This document shows positions 1 to 9,264 of a stretch of 24,000 nucleotides of DNA, piece after piece (position 1 is the first letter of the stretch; every line of letters starts with the position of its first letter). Made by a program: the position numbers and the translations under genes. The stretch covers positions 2,795,407 to 2,819,406 of the forward strand of contig OY764216.1 in NCBI GenBank assembly GCA_963668315.1, read 5' to 3'. This stretch comes from Spirochaetia bacterium (GTDB taxonomy: Bacteria; Spirochaetota; Spirochaetia; DSM-2461). The notes under the pieces are model-generated. The model saw only the letters and a list, made by a program, of their open reading frames with translations, had not been told where the DNA came from and did not search any database.

Positions 1-3000
1 CTCATGACCGATACGGGGACAGCCCTCCGGTTCACCCACGATAAAATCCAGCAGGCCTGTTACCAGCTCAACGGGAAAAATCAGCTAGGGCGGGAGCATT
101 TCGCTCTGGCCTGCCTGCTTATGGATAATAGGCTCTACTCCGATTCGGATGATCTTTTCAGCCTGGTTTCCCATCTGAATGAAAGCTTCGCCTTCGTTCT
201 TAAGGAGCCGGCCCGGTTTTTTGATATATACCTTGCCGCGGCGGTGAAAAGCCGGAAGATTTCGGCCTATCAGGAGTATCTGCATTATATCGGCCATGGG
301 CGCCGGCTCTTATGTCCGGATATTACCGGGGAGCGCAGGAAAAAATGCCTGAGCGAATATCATCTGGCCCTGCATCTGAACGGAGAATATGAAGAGGCCG
401 ATGATTTTTTTGAAAGGGAAATCAGGGAAGATCCCGATATCTATCTTTTCAAGGAGAATTATATCGCCAAAGTTTCCCAGGACAGCATGCTGGGGAAGTA
501 TGGCGAGGCCACACAGCTGGGCCTGTCCATACTGGAAAAACTGGATATCACCCTCGATCATAACCCGGATCGGAACGCTCTGACGGAGGGGCTGCGGAAA
601 AACCGGGAACTGGCGGAACAGCTGGGGATAGAAAGGGTGGATGATCTTGATTCGGTGGAAAAAAGATCATCCGGGAAAATGGAGTTTATCTGCGGGATGA
701 TCTCCGCCCTGCTTTCCGGCTCCTTCTTTTATTCTCCCAATCTGTCCGTTCTCCTGATACTGGAGACAATCCGGCTCGCCATGATCTATGGGGTCTTCCC
801 GGCCATGGGTTATCCCCTGTCCTTCTCTTCCATCCTTTTTATCCTTACGGAGAACGACTACTTCAGGGGATTCGACTATGGAAAATACGCGATCAATATT
901 TCTCAGATAGATAAAAGATCCCTGGGGCATGCCAAGCATATTTTTATCCTGACCAGCTGGCAATGGAAGCGCCCCCTTAAGGATAACCGCTGTCTGGATA
1001 TCGCCCGCGATGCTTTTCATCTCCTTCTGAAAGGGGGAGATATTCAAATGTCCGGATTTATCTTCGCCAGCACGGTGGGGTGCCTTTTCGAGAGGGGAGA
1101 ACGGCTGTCCGACTGTCTCGATGAGCTTAACCGCGGCCTGGACTATGTGAGAAAAACAAATAATTTCCATGCCCTGGGCGGTTATCAGGTTTATGAACAG
1201 TTCTTTCTTTCCATGATGTCCAGGAATGCATCGGAGAACGATTTTATCAATAACGGATTCAGGGAGAAGGAGTTCCTGGAGATAAACAGCCTCAATTTTG
1301 TAGCCCAGGCCTATCTATACATCTATAAAACCCAGTATCTCTTCATAAACAGACAGTACGGCCTTGCCCGCGATTATGCCGGCAGGGCCGAGAAGATTCT
1401 TCACTGTATTACGGCCTTTATTCCGGTGGGTACTTTCTATTTTTACGGGGCCCTTCTCCTGTGCCGCGGTATCGGGGAGGATTCAGATTCCGATGCTAAG
1501 CTCAGAACCTATATGGACCAGCTGGAAGAGTGGGCCGGGGCCGTTCCCGAGAACTGGCTGCAGAAATATTATCTGGTAAAGGCGGAATCCATCCGATTCT
1601 CCGAAAGCCGTTCCATCGAGGCGGCCCAGTTCTATACCATGGCCATCATTGCTGCCGAACAGAACGGATTCATTCAGGATCTGGCCCTCGCCCAGGAACT
1701 TTTTTCCGAATACTGGCTTGAACAGGGGAGCGGCGAATGGTCCTTCACCCTGCTCGAGCAGGCCTGTGAATCCTATCGGAAATGGGGAGCCGTTCTGAAA
1801 TTGAACGCTCTCCTCAGATCGGACAGCCGGCTTGCTGCGAAGGTCGAGAGAAAAAATATAGATCTCAGAAGCATCATAAAGGCGCAAAACCTGCTGGCCC
1901 GGGAAACAAGGCTCGATATGCTTATTCAAAAGATGCTTAAAATGCTTTTGGATTTCTCCGGGGCAGAAATCTGCCACCTTATCCGTTGTGAGGAGGAGTG
2001 GTTTATCGAGGCGTCCCTGGGAATCGCCGACAAGGACGTTTCGCTGACAAGAAAGAACATCAGTACGGAGACCGTATCAACGGACCTTGTTAATTATGTC
2101 GTGCGGACAAAAAATGAGATTACCCCCGAAGAACTCAGCATTCCCCTTTCCGATGGCTACTTCAAAAAGTTTCGTCCCCTCTCCACAATCGTTGTTCCCC
2201 TCCTCAATCATTCGGAAACCATAGGAATCCTCTACCTGGAGCATCGCCGCGTGAAAGGGCTGTTTTCCAGGGAAAAGCGTGAGGCTATTCAGATGCTCTC
2301 TTCCCAGATCGCCGTATCCCTTCTCAATGCCGAACTGTACGGAACCCTTGAACGGAGAGTTAAGGAGAGGACGGAAGAACTGGAAGAGATGAACAAGGAG
2401 CTTCTCAGGGCCGACGGGGAACTCAGGAAAATCAATAGGACAAAGGATAGGCTCCTGTCCATTCTGGGCCACGATCTGAAAGGTCCCCTGGGCGGGGTGG
2501 CCAAGTTCATGGAGCTCATGGACGAGGGAAAGATCCAGCCTTCGGAGAAGCTCATTTCCACCATGAACAAAAGCATAGGGAACATCTATGACCTGACGGA
2601 AGATCTCCTCCTCTGGGCCAGAAGCCAGAGCGGTGCCCTTGTCCCCTGTCCCGAAGAAATCCGGGCGGGAACCCTTATTGACCAGGTCATAGGCGTGTAC
2701 CGGATGGCGGCGGAAAAAAAGAAAATTGAGCTAGTTGCCGAGGGAACCGCCGAAGGACTGGCCCTTTATACCGATTCTTCCATGGCCGATACGATTCTCC
2801 GGAATCTGGTGAACAACGGGGTGAAGTTCACTCCCCGGGGAGGCAGGGTATCCATAAGAGCCGGGGAACGGGAGAACATGGTGAGGCTGGAGGTATCCGA
2901 TACCGGGGTGGGCATGGAAAAGGTGGTATCGGACAGCCTTTTCTCCATCGTCGATAAAAGCAGACAGCGCCGGGGTACCGATGACGAAAGCGGTACCGGT

Positions 3001-3120
3001 CTGGGGCTGGTGGTATGCAGAGAGCTGGCCGGGCTGTGCGGGGGAGACATCGGCGCCGAGAGCACTCCCGGTGCGGGCAGCACATTCTGGGTGGACTTTC
3101 CCCGGAGCCGTGGAGAATGA
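1..3120 (+). CDS. Multidomain sensor histidine kinase, 5'-truncated by the window edge (helical/TPR-like region - GAF - coiled coil - HisKA - HATPase_c)
   Basis: The frame is open from nt 1 (CTC precedes the first ATG at 4), so the N-terminus lies upstream. 'ALRFTHDKIQQACYQL' resembles the end of the ATPase module in kinase-ATPase-GAF-HK fusion proteins. A GAF-like block includes 'ETIGILYLEHRR'. H-box 'LSILGHDLKGPL', N-box 'RNLVNNGVKFTP', G-boxes 'SDTGVGM' and 'GTGLGLVVCRE'. Stop TGA at 3118-3120. Confidence 0.9.
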   Translation, partial: LMTDTGTALRFTHDKIQQACYQLNGKNQLGREHFALACLLMDNRLYSDSDDLFSLVSHLNESFAFVLKEPARFFDIYLAAAVKSRKISAYQEYLHYIGHGRRLLCPDITGERRKKCLSEYHLALHLNGEYEEADDFFEREIREDPDIYLFKENYIAKVSQDSMLGKYGEATQLGLSILEKLDITLDHNPDRNALTEGLRKNRELAEQLGIERVDDLDSVEKRSSGKMEFICGMISALLSGSFFYSPNLSVLLILETIRLAMIYGVFPAMGYPLSFSSILFILTENDYFRGFDYGKYAINISQIDKRSLGHAKHIFILTSWQWKRPLKDNRCLDIARDAFHLLLKGGDIQMSGFIFASTVGCLFERGERLSDCLDELNRGLDYVRKTNNFHALGGYQVYEQFFLSMMSRNASENDFINNGFREKEFLEINSLNFVAQAYLYIYKTQYLFINRQYGLARDYAGRAEKILHCITAFIPVGTFYFYGALLLCRGIGEDSDSDAKLRTYMDQLEEWAGAVPENWLQKYYLVKAESIRFSESRSIEAAQFYTMAIIAAEQNGFIQDLALAQELFSEYWLEQGSGEWSFTLLEQACESYRKWGAVLKLNALLRSDSRLAAKVERKNIDLRSIIKAQNLLARETRLDMLIQKMLKMLLDFSGAEICHLIRCEEEWFIEASLGIADKDVSLTRKNISTETVSTDLVNYVVRTKNEITPEELSIPLSDGYFKKFRPLSTIVVPLLNHSETIGILYLEHRRVKGLFSREKREAIQMLSSQIAVSLLNAELYGTLERRVKERTEELEEMNKELLRADGELRKINRTKDRLLSILGHDLKGPLGGVAKFMELMDEGKIQPSEKLISTMNKSIGNIYDLTEDLLLWARSQSGALVPCPEEIRAGTLIDQVIGVYRMAAEKKKIELVAEGTAEGLALYTDSSMADTILRNLVNNGVKFTPRGGRVSIRAGERENMVRLEVSDTGVGMEKVVSDSLFSIVDKSRQRRGTDDESGTGLGLVVCRELAGLCGGDIGAESTPGAGSTFWVDFPRSRGE

Positions 3121-4847
3121 TGATCCTTTTGCCATCCCTCGTTATTCTGCTGCTGGCACTCACTTTCTACGGCCGTTCCCGGATAATCAAAGTACGGAGA
3201 GAGCTGGTCCAGGTGAGAGAGCAGCTGGAAAGGGGTCTTATGGTCGCCAATATGGGGGTCTGGGAATATGACATTTCATCGAAGAAACTCTATTGGTCCG
3301 ATACCATCTATCATATTACAGAGCAGGACAGGGAAAGGACAACTCCCACCCGGGAAGCTTTCTGGGATCTGATCCACCCCGAGGATAGGGAGATGGTCCT
3401 GGAAAAGCAGAAAGAGAGTTTGAATACCCGCAGAAAGACGGAAATCATCCATAGGATCCTGATGAAAGACGGCCGGGTCAAATGGATTGAGGAGCATCTT
3501 AAGACAGAGTTCGATAAGAGCGGAAACCCTGTGAAATCGGTAGGTACTATCTACGATTTCACCAGACAGAAAGAGGGGGAGCTGATTTTTAAATCTCTCC
3601 TTGAAAATGCTTCCGACGGCATTCATATCCTGGACGAGAAGGGCAATCTGCTCTATTACAGCCGGTCCTTTGCCAGGAGTCTGGGCTATGAATATGATGA
3701 ACTGGAGAACAAGAACATCACCGATTGGGAGGCTAATCTTGACAAGGACCAGATAAGGGCAACCATTAAACTGCTCCTGAAATCGGATATCACCTTTGAG
3801 ACGAAGCACAGAAAGAAGGATGGAACCCTTTTCGATGTTCAAATCAGCGCAACCGATATACTGCTCGACGGTAAAAAGCGCATATATGCCTCCCAACGGG
3901 ATATTTCGGAGCAGAAGCACTATATTGAGCAGCTGAACAAACTGAATATCATGCTGAATACCGCTGCCAAGGTGGGGAAAATAGGATTCTGGGAGCTTGA
4001 CGGGATTTCCGGTAAGGTGGAGTGGAACGAAGCGCTATACGATATCTTTGAAGTGGATGATAAAACCTCCCCCATGGACAGGGAGCGCTTTCTTACCTTT
4101 CTTCCCCCCGAGAAGAAGGATGATCTGATACATAAATTCATGCTTTTTCAAAAGAGGGGGGATTACTCTGTCGTTCACGATATCATTACCGAAAAGGGGA
4201 ACAGGAAAATCGTTGACGAAAGGGGCAGGCATTTCTATGACGGAGAGGGGCGTCTGATCAAGACGGTAGGCAGTGTTATGGATATCACGGAAAGGATCGC
4301 CCGGGAAAGAATCATAAAAAAACAGGCCGTTACCGATGAATTGACCCAGCTGGGCAACAGGAAGGCCTATAACGAACGTCTTTCCGAACTGATAGCCCAG
4401 TATAAGCGGTATCATCTGATCTTCTCCCTGCTGATTTTCGACATCGACCTGTTCAAGGACATTAATGACACCTACGGCCATCATGTGGGTGACCAGGTTC
4501 TGATGGCCCTGGGAAAACTTGTCTCATCCCTCGTCAGGAAAAATGATTTCATTTTCCGGATCGGCGGGGAGGAGTTCGTCATACTCATGTCGGGAACAGA
4601 CATGGAGCACGCCATCCTCCTCGCCGAGAAAGTGCGGCGAGCGATAGAGAAGGATCTGAACGTAATCAGTAACCGGGATGTCACTGTCAGTATCGGCGTA
4701 GGCGAAATGGAGAGGGATGACACGGCCGATTCTCTCTTCCGAAAGGCGGACAAAAATCTTTATCTTGCCAAAAGGTCAGGGCGCAACAGGGTCGTGGGCG
4801 ATCTGTACTCCTTTCCCGCTAAAGGCGCCACTCATACACAATCCTAG
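3117..4847 (+). CDS. Membrane-anchored PAS x3 - GGDEF diguanylate cyclase with an intact I-site
   Basis: ATG at 3117 overlaps the upstream stop (ATGA). It opens a hydrophobic N-terminus, 'MMILLPSLVILLLALTFYG'. The 3015 start in the ORF track is only an in-frame read-through of the upstream gene. Three PAS-like blocks are present (e.g. 'WEYDISSKKLYWSD', 'LLENASDGIHILDEKGNLLYYS', 'FWELDGISGKVEWNEALYDIF'). GGDEF domain motifs are 'DELTQLGNRKAY', 'FDIDLFKDINDTYGH' and active site 'GGEEF'. 'RKND' sits exactly 5 residues upstream of GGEEF (RxxD I-site). Confidence 0.9.
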   Translation: MMILLPSLVILLLALTFYGRSRIIKVRRELVQVREQLERGLMVANMGVWEYDISSKKLYWSDTIYHITEQDRERTTPTREAFWDLIHPEDREMVLEKQKESLNTRRKTEIIHRILMKDGRVKWIEEHLKTEFDKSGNPVKSVGTIYDFTRQKEGELIFKSLLENASDGIHILDEKGNLLYYSRSFARSLGYEYDELENKNITDWEANLDKDQIRATIKLLLKSDITFETKHRKKDGTLFDVQISATDILLDGKKRIYASQRDISEQKHYIEQLNKLNIMLNTAAKVGKIGFWELDGISGKVEWNEALYDIFEVDDKTSPMDRERFLTFLPPEKKDDLIHKFMLFQKRGDYSVVHDIITEKGNRKIVDERGRHFYDGEGRLIKTVGSVMDITERIARERIIKKQAVTDELTQLGNRKAYNERLSELIAQYKRYHLIFSLLIFDIDLFKDINDTYGHHVGDQVLMALGKLVSSLVRKNDFIFRIGGEEFVILMSGTDMEHAILLAEKVRRAIEKDLNVISNRDVTVSIGVGEMERDDTADSLFRKADKNLYLAKRSGRNRVVGDLYSFPAKGATHTQS

Positions 4848-7113
4848 CTTTTAGACTTATGAGACCCGCCGAAATCCTGCCTCCTTCCTCCCGCCTTCCC
4901 GCCATGGGCGTTTCTGCCTGGACTCTTCCCCCCTCCTTAAGGGGAGTTATGGTCAGTACGAGGGGATGGGATGAGAGGGAAGACTCAAACTCCTTAAGGC
5001 CGATGGTCCAGGGGGCTCCGTTGGCAAAGTTGTCCGCCACCATTCTGCCGTTGATGAAGGCATGGGCGATATCCCCGGTATATTCCGCCTCAAGAAGAAT
5101 CTCCTTGGCTCCTTCGGGAAGGGGGGGGAGTGTCACCCTATAGCGGAACGGGCCGGTTTCCTCCCACTCCGGAGTGAAAGGAAGAGGTTCCGCTTCCATA
5201 AGGCACTCATCCCATCCCTCCCTCTCCCCTTTGAAGGAGAACCGGTCCGAGGAGAGGGCTCCGGAGGGAAATACCTTGAGGGAACAGGACGGCTCGCAGG
5301 ATTCCACTCTCATCTCCCTTCCGTCGAAAAGAAGAGCTCCGCCGGTCATCACGGCCGTCCGGCCCTCCGGTGTATCCAGCAGGTAGAACCTGAGACTCTC
5401 TTCCCGGGTCAGAGTTATCACGGTCAGTTCATTCCCCTGATACCGGACCGTAAAGGGAGACCGGAAGCCGGGACTGACGGTCAGGGCGGCTCCTTCCTGT
5501 CCGGCGCCGCCGTCCGTCTCTCCGGCCGGGGAGACCCCCGGGGCGAAGGTGTAGCCGGGAGTCATTCCTTCGGGACAGAAAAAGAAGGCGTATTTCCGGC
5601 CGTCCCGTTCCAGCAAGCCCGCCGGCTGCGCCAGGGCGTGTTCGAAAGGGATGCCTCCCCATACGAAATGAAAGGGCAGAATGACATTTTCTCCCGCTTT
5701 GAGGCCGATCCCCTTCCACTCTATCCGCTTGTCTGGGAGGATAAGGCTTAGGTCTATCTCGCTTTTATCCGTCATCGGGGCATGGTCCTGATAATTATTG
5801 ATAAGGAGGAATCCCCCTTCTCCGGGATTGTATCTCACGGCATAGCGGAGGGGGAGGGGATCTTCGGGCTGGATCATCCGGGCGTCACGGGGGAGTACGG
5901 TTCGGCTGCGGCAGAGGATATCGGCGAATTCCCCTATCAGATAATGGTGCAGGCGAAGGCGGTGGTAGGAGGGACGGAGCTGACCGTATTCGCCGATGGC
6001 CGCCTGGTAGTCGTAGGAGAGCTTGGGAACCTGTCCCTCGTTAAGGAAGGGAACGGTTTTTCCCGTCGGATTGGTGCCCCCGTGATACATATAGTAGCCC
6101 AGCATGTTGCAGCCGCTTCCTATTTTTATATTGGCCATGGCATCCACGCTTTCATAGGGCAGCTGGAAACGGTAGTAATAGCAGCAGGTCATTCCTCCGC
6201 CCATCTCACAGCACAGATAGGGCCGGCTTTCCGGTTCATAGGCGGGCTCGAAGTTATAGGTGGCGGGGATGGCGTTATTATGATTGTCCCGGTAGATATA
6301 CTCCTCCGTGGCGGGGTGCTCCCCCCGGTGGGAATAGAAGATCCAGGGCCGGAAGGCGTAGCCTCCCCAGAGGGGCATCAGCTTATCGGGAGTCGCGGCT
6401 CCTCCCCAGCCTGTGCAGGTGTAGAAGGGCAGGTCAATGCCGGTCTTCCGGGCCAGGTCCAGAAGGGCCAGCATGTAGGCATCCCCCTCTGTCCCTGTTC
6501 CCATCCACTCGTTTGACACGCCGGTGGTCATCTCCCAGGGGGCGGCGGAGTGCATATATTCGTTATCCAGCTGCGCGGCGATGATAGGGCCTCCCTGGGA
6601 GAAATAGTAACCCTCCAGCTGCTCATGGATCTTCCTATAGAGCCGGGCGACGCATTCCATAAAGCCTTTCCCGGTGGAACGTATCTCGAAGGGCTGGCCG
6701 TACAGCCAGTCGGGAAAGCCCCCGTTGCGTACCTCCCCATGGTTAAAAGGACCGATTCTCACGATGACAAGGAAGCCCGATTCGGCGCAGAGCTTTATGA
6801 AATCCCGTAAATTCCTTCTGCCGGAAAAATCAAAAACTCCTTCCGTCTCCTCATGGTGATTCCAGAACACATAGGTGGAAACGATATTAATCCCTCCCGC
6901 CTTCATCTTAAGCAGTTCGTCCCGCCAGGCGTCCGGACGGTAACGGGAATAGTGGAACTCACCGCTTATGCCGTAGAAGGGCCGGCCTTCCCGTTCCATA
7001 TAGTAATTGGTGAAAGAGAGTCTTCCGTCTGCAGGGGAGATCCCCTCAAAATCCGGGCCCAGGGGATAAACCTTTTTGGGCGATACTTCCCGTAAATCCA
7101 TAATTTCCTTCAT
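4819..7113 (-). CDS. Glycoside hydrolase family 35 beta-galactosidase
   Basis: The N-terminal block 'FYGISGEFHYSRYRPDAWRDELLKMKAGGINIVSTYVFWNHHEE' and the acid/base motif 'QLDNEY' are GH35 hallmarks. There is a long C-terminal beta-sandwich-like region and no obvious signal peptide. AGAGGGA lies 4 nt upstream of ATG 7113, with an alternative ATG at 7101. The 3' end overlaps the convergent GGDEF gene by 29 nt. Confidence 0.85.
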   Translation of the reverse strand: MKEIMDLREVSPKKVYPLGPDFEGISPADGRLSFTNYYMEREGRPFYGISGEFHYSRYRPDAWRDELLKMKAGGINIVSTYVFWNHHEETEGVFDFSGRRNLRDFIKLCAESGFLVIVRIGPFNHGEVRNGGFPDWLYGQPFEIRSTGKGFMECVARLYRKIHEQLEGYYFSQGGPIIAAQLDNEYMHSAAPWEMTTGVSNEWMGTGTEGDAYMLALLDLARKTGIDLPFYTCTGWGGAATPDKLMPLWGGYAFRPWIFYSHRGEHPATEEYIYRDNHNNAIPATYNFEPAYEPESRPYLCCEMGGGMTCCYYYRFQLPYESVDAMANIKIGSGCNMLGYYMYHGGTNPTGKTVPFLNEGQVPKLSYDYQAAIGEYGQLRPSYHRLRLHHYLIGEFADILCRSRTVLPRDARMIQPEDPLPLRYAVRYNPGEGGFLLINNYQDHAPMTDKSEIDLSLILPDKRIEWKGIGLKAGENVILPFHFVWGGIPFEHALAQPAGLLERDGRKYAFFFCPEGMTPGYTFAPGVSPAGETDGGAGQEGAALTVSPGFRSPFTVRYQGNELTVITLTREESLRFYLLDTPEGRTAVMTGGALLFDGREMRVESCEPSCSLKVFPSGALSSDRFSFKGEREGWDECLMEAEPLPFTPEWEETGPFRYRVTLPPLPEGAKEILLEAEYTGDIAHAFINGRMVADNFANGAPWTIGLKEFESSLSSHPLVLTITPLKEGGRVQAETPMAGRREEGGRISAGLISLKARIVYEWRL

Positions 7114-7138
7114 AAAATCCCTCTTTTTATCTCTTCCT

Positions 7139-7963
7139 TTATATTCCGAAAAGTTCCGAGGCGTTTCTCCCCAGAATCAGTTCTTCCTCCCCGCTGCTCA
7201 GCCCCAGGGAGAGAATGAAATCCCTCTCTTTCACAGGGCTGTGCCAGGGGGCATCGCTTCCGAAGAGGATTCGTTCCGCCCCCATCTTGCGGATAATCCG
7301 CCGAGCCTGACCGGAGGATATGTTATCGTAAAGCATGGCCGTGTCGAGAAAAAGACCGGCCGAGGGGGAAAGCTCCCTTTCCACTTCATCCCACCGGTTC
7401 ATACCTCCCAGATGGGACAGGACTGTCTTCAATCCGGGAAAGTCTCTCCTCATCCGGGAAGCCCCCGCCGGCGTACAATGGCAGATATCCGGTGAGAGGG
7501 GATCGAAGCCGGCATGGAAGACAATCGTCAGATTCAGGCTGCGGCAGAGATCGTAGACGGGATAAAGCTTCGGGTCGTCAATATGAAAATTCTGATAGTC
7601 CGGATGGAGTTTAATCCCCGGGACGCCGCCTTCCTTCAGCCTTTCCAGCTCACTGAGTGCCTCGGGACTGTCGGGATGTACCGAACCCAGAGCGGTCGTA
7701 TTGTCCCTGCGGCTGTTATTAAGAAGAGCCGCGTCGTAGATGGACCGTTCCTGACTGGCTTTGGTCGCAATATTCAGAAGAACGCAGTGGTCCGTACCCC
7801 ACCGGGACAGGGAGGATTTCAATCCTTCCTCCGTCCCGTCATGATAGAGGGGCACTTCCCGCGGGTCGCACCGGAGATGGCGGGCCATGGTTGTCTTCAG
7901 ACTGGTCAGAGCCCTTTCGGCGACGGCAGGGGGGAATATATGGCAGTGACTGTCTATCAGCAT
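7139..7963 (-). CDS. Metal-dependent TIM-barrel hydrolase (amidohydrolase family)
   Basis: 'MLIDSHCHIF' gives the N-terminal HxH metal ligands. Later motifs are 'VFHAG', 'SHLGG' and 'FGSDAPW' (terminal Asp). AGGAG lies 5 nt upstream of the ATG. A 25-nt gap to the GH35 gene suggests co-transcription. Substrate is unknown. Confidence 0.75.
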   Translation of the reverse strand: MLIDSHCHIFPPAVAERALTSLKTTMARHLRCDPREVPLYHDGTEEGLKSSLSRWGTDHCVLLNIATKASQERSIYDAALLNNSRRDNTTALGSVHPDSPEALSELERLKEGGVPGIKLHPDYQNFHIDDPKLYPVYDLCRSLNLTIVFHAGFDPLSPDICHCTPAGASRMRRDFPGLKTVLSHLGGMNRWDEVERELSPSAGLFLDTAMLYDNISSGQARRIIRKMGAERILFGSDAPWHSPVKERDFILSLGLSSGEEELILGRNASELFGI

Positions 7964-8122
7964 GGATTCTCCTGTGAAGTCCTCTTTAGGAAAGCTGTCC
8001 CGGTATTATACCCCACAAAGAAAAAAGGTGGTAGGAATTATTTCCCCCTCCCGGGGCGGATGGGAAACAGGAAAAAGCCGGCCGTTTATGCTACACTTAA
8101 GGAACACAAAGGAGTATATGCC

Positions 8123-9163
8123 ATGAGAATTGCCTTTTTTGACACGAAACCCTATGACGAAGACTCTTTTCGAAGGGAAAACAGGGATTTTGGATTTGAT
8201 ATAACTTTTTTTAATATGAAACTGCACCGTGATACGGCTGTGCTGGCCCGGGATTACGATGTGGTATGCGTTTTCGTAAATGACAGAATTGACGAAGATG
8301 TGCTGGATCTTCTGGTACAGGGAAAAACGCGGCTCATTGCCCTGAGGTGCGCAGGATACAATAATGTGGACCTTAAGTATGCCTACGGGAAAATCCACGT
8401 GGTTCACGTCCCCGCCTACTCGCCCTACGCTGTGGCGGAACATGCCGCGGCCCTGCTGCTGACCCTGAACAGAAAGACCCACCGGGCCCATCTGCGGACC
8501 AGGGAGATGAATTTCACCCTTAACGGACTGACGGGAATGGACCTGTACGGGAAAACCGCCGGGGTTATCGGCATGGGAAAAATCGGGGAAAGGATGGTCT
8601 CCATTCTCTCCGGTTTCGGGATGAAGATTCTGGCCTATGACAAATTCCCCCGAAAGGAGCTCGAAGAGAAGTATCCCCTTTCCTATGCCACTCTGGAAGA
8701 GCTGTACAGAAATTCCGATGTTATTACCCTTCATTGTCCCCTGACCCCGGAGACGGTTCATCTTATCAGCTCGGAAGCCATTGAAATGATGAAGGACGGT
8801 GTGTTCCTCATTAATACAAGCCGGGGAAAACTGATTAATACAAAGGCTCTTATCGGCGGTCTGAAAAGCAGAAAAATCGGAGCCGCCGGATTGGATGTGT
8901 ACGAAGAGGAGTCGGAGTACTTTTTTGAGGACTACAGCAACCAGGTGATTTCCGACGATAATCTGGCCAGACTGCTCACCTTTCCCAACGTACTCATCAC
9001 CTCCCATCAGGGGTTTCTCACCCAGGAGGCTCTGGACAGCATCGCCGGAACCACCCTGGCGAATATCCGCGACTTTACCGAGGAGAAAGATCTCCCCAAT
9101 GAGATCTGCTACCAGTGCGGAAGGGAGGAGTGCCGGAAATCCAGGGAGGGCAGGTGCTTCTGA
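8123..9163 (+). CDS. ldhA: D-lactate dehydrogenase / D-isomer-specific 2-hydroxyacid dehydrogenase with a Cys-rich C-terminal tail
   Basis: Colinear with E. coli LdhA as I remember it: 'MRIAFFDTKPYD', 'RCAGYNNVDL', 'VPAYSPYAVAEH', 'GKTAGVIGMGKIG' (NAD fold), 'HCPLTPET', 'NTSRG', 'GLDVYEEE', 'ITSHQGFLT'. AAAGGAG lies 8 nt upstream of ATG 8123. The track's 7514 start is an unsupported extension running antisense through the amidohydrolase gene. Confidence 0.9.
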   Translation: MRIAFFDTKPYDEDSFRRENRDFGFDITFFNMKLHRDTAVLARDYDVVCVFVNDRIDEDVLDLLVQGKTRLIALRCAGYNNVDLKYAYGKIHVVHVPAYSPYAVAEHAAALLLTLNRKTHRAHLRTREMNFTLNGLTGMDLYGKTAGVIGMGKIGERMVSILSGFGMKILAYDKFPRKELEEKYPLSYATLEELYRNSDVITLHCPLTPETVHLISSEAIEMMKDGVFLINTSRGKLINTKALIGGLKSRKIGAAGLDVYEEESEYFFEDYSNQVISDDNLARLLTFPNVLITSHQGFLTQEALDSIAGTTLANIRDFTEEKDLPNEICYQCGREECRKSREGRCF

Positions 9164-9264
9164 GTCAGGGGGATTTCTCCGAATAGCGGACGAAGTAAGG
9201 GAACGGCTGTTCTGTTTTTCGTCCCTTTCCGGAAATTCCGTCCTTGGCGCAGTATATTTCTTCC

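Noticed and set aside
3015-3116. Upstream extensions of ORF-track starts: 3015 for the GGDEF gene, 7514 for ldhA, 20439 for the OmpR-type RR, 9244 (TTG), 13153 (TTG), 14338 and 14763 (GTG).
   Set aside because: The extensions overlap the preceding gene, or an opposite-strand gene in the 7514 case, and lack an RBS. Internal ATGs with an RBS or stop-start overlap give N-termini that match the expected domain starts. 14338 remains a possible alternative for rsbT.
5062-6516. Plus-strand ORFs of 229 aa and 244 aa inside the GH35 gene.
   Set aside because: These are shadow frames of the GH35 coding sequence. The GH35 motifs (including QLDNEY) are all in the minus frame.
4819-7963. The amidohydrolase plus GH35 pair as a candidate novel system.
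   Set aside because: Both belong to large, ordinary enzyme families. Their adjacency is compatible with a routine sugar or glycoside utilisation operon, and nothing in the sequence suggests otherwise.
8006-9007. A 333-aa ORF on the minus strand.
   Set aside because: It lies entirely antisense to ldhA, whose + frame is colinear with a well-known enzyme over its full length. The antisense product has no recognisable motif and is the typical shadow ORF of a GC3-biased gene.
9188-9224. A branched hairpin after ldhA (GGACGAA...TTCGTCC with inner GAAC-GGCT-GTTC followed by TGTTTTT).
   Set aside because: The inner stem is only 4-5 bp and the T-run is consumed by the outer stem. This is too weak to call an intrinsic terminator.
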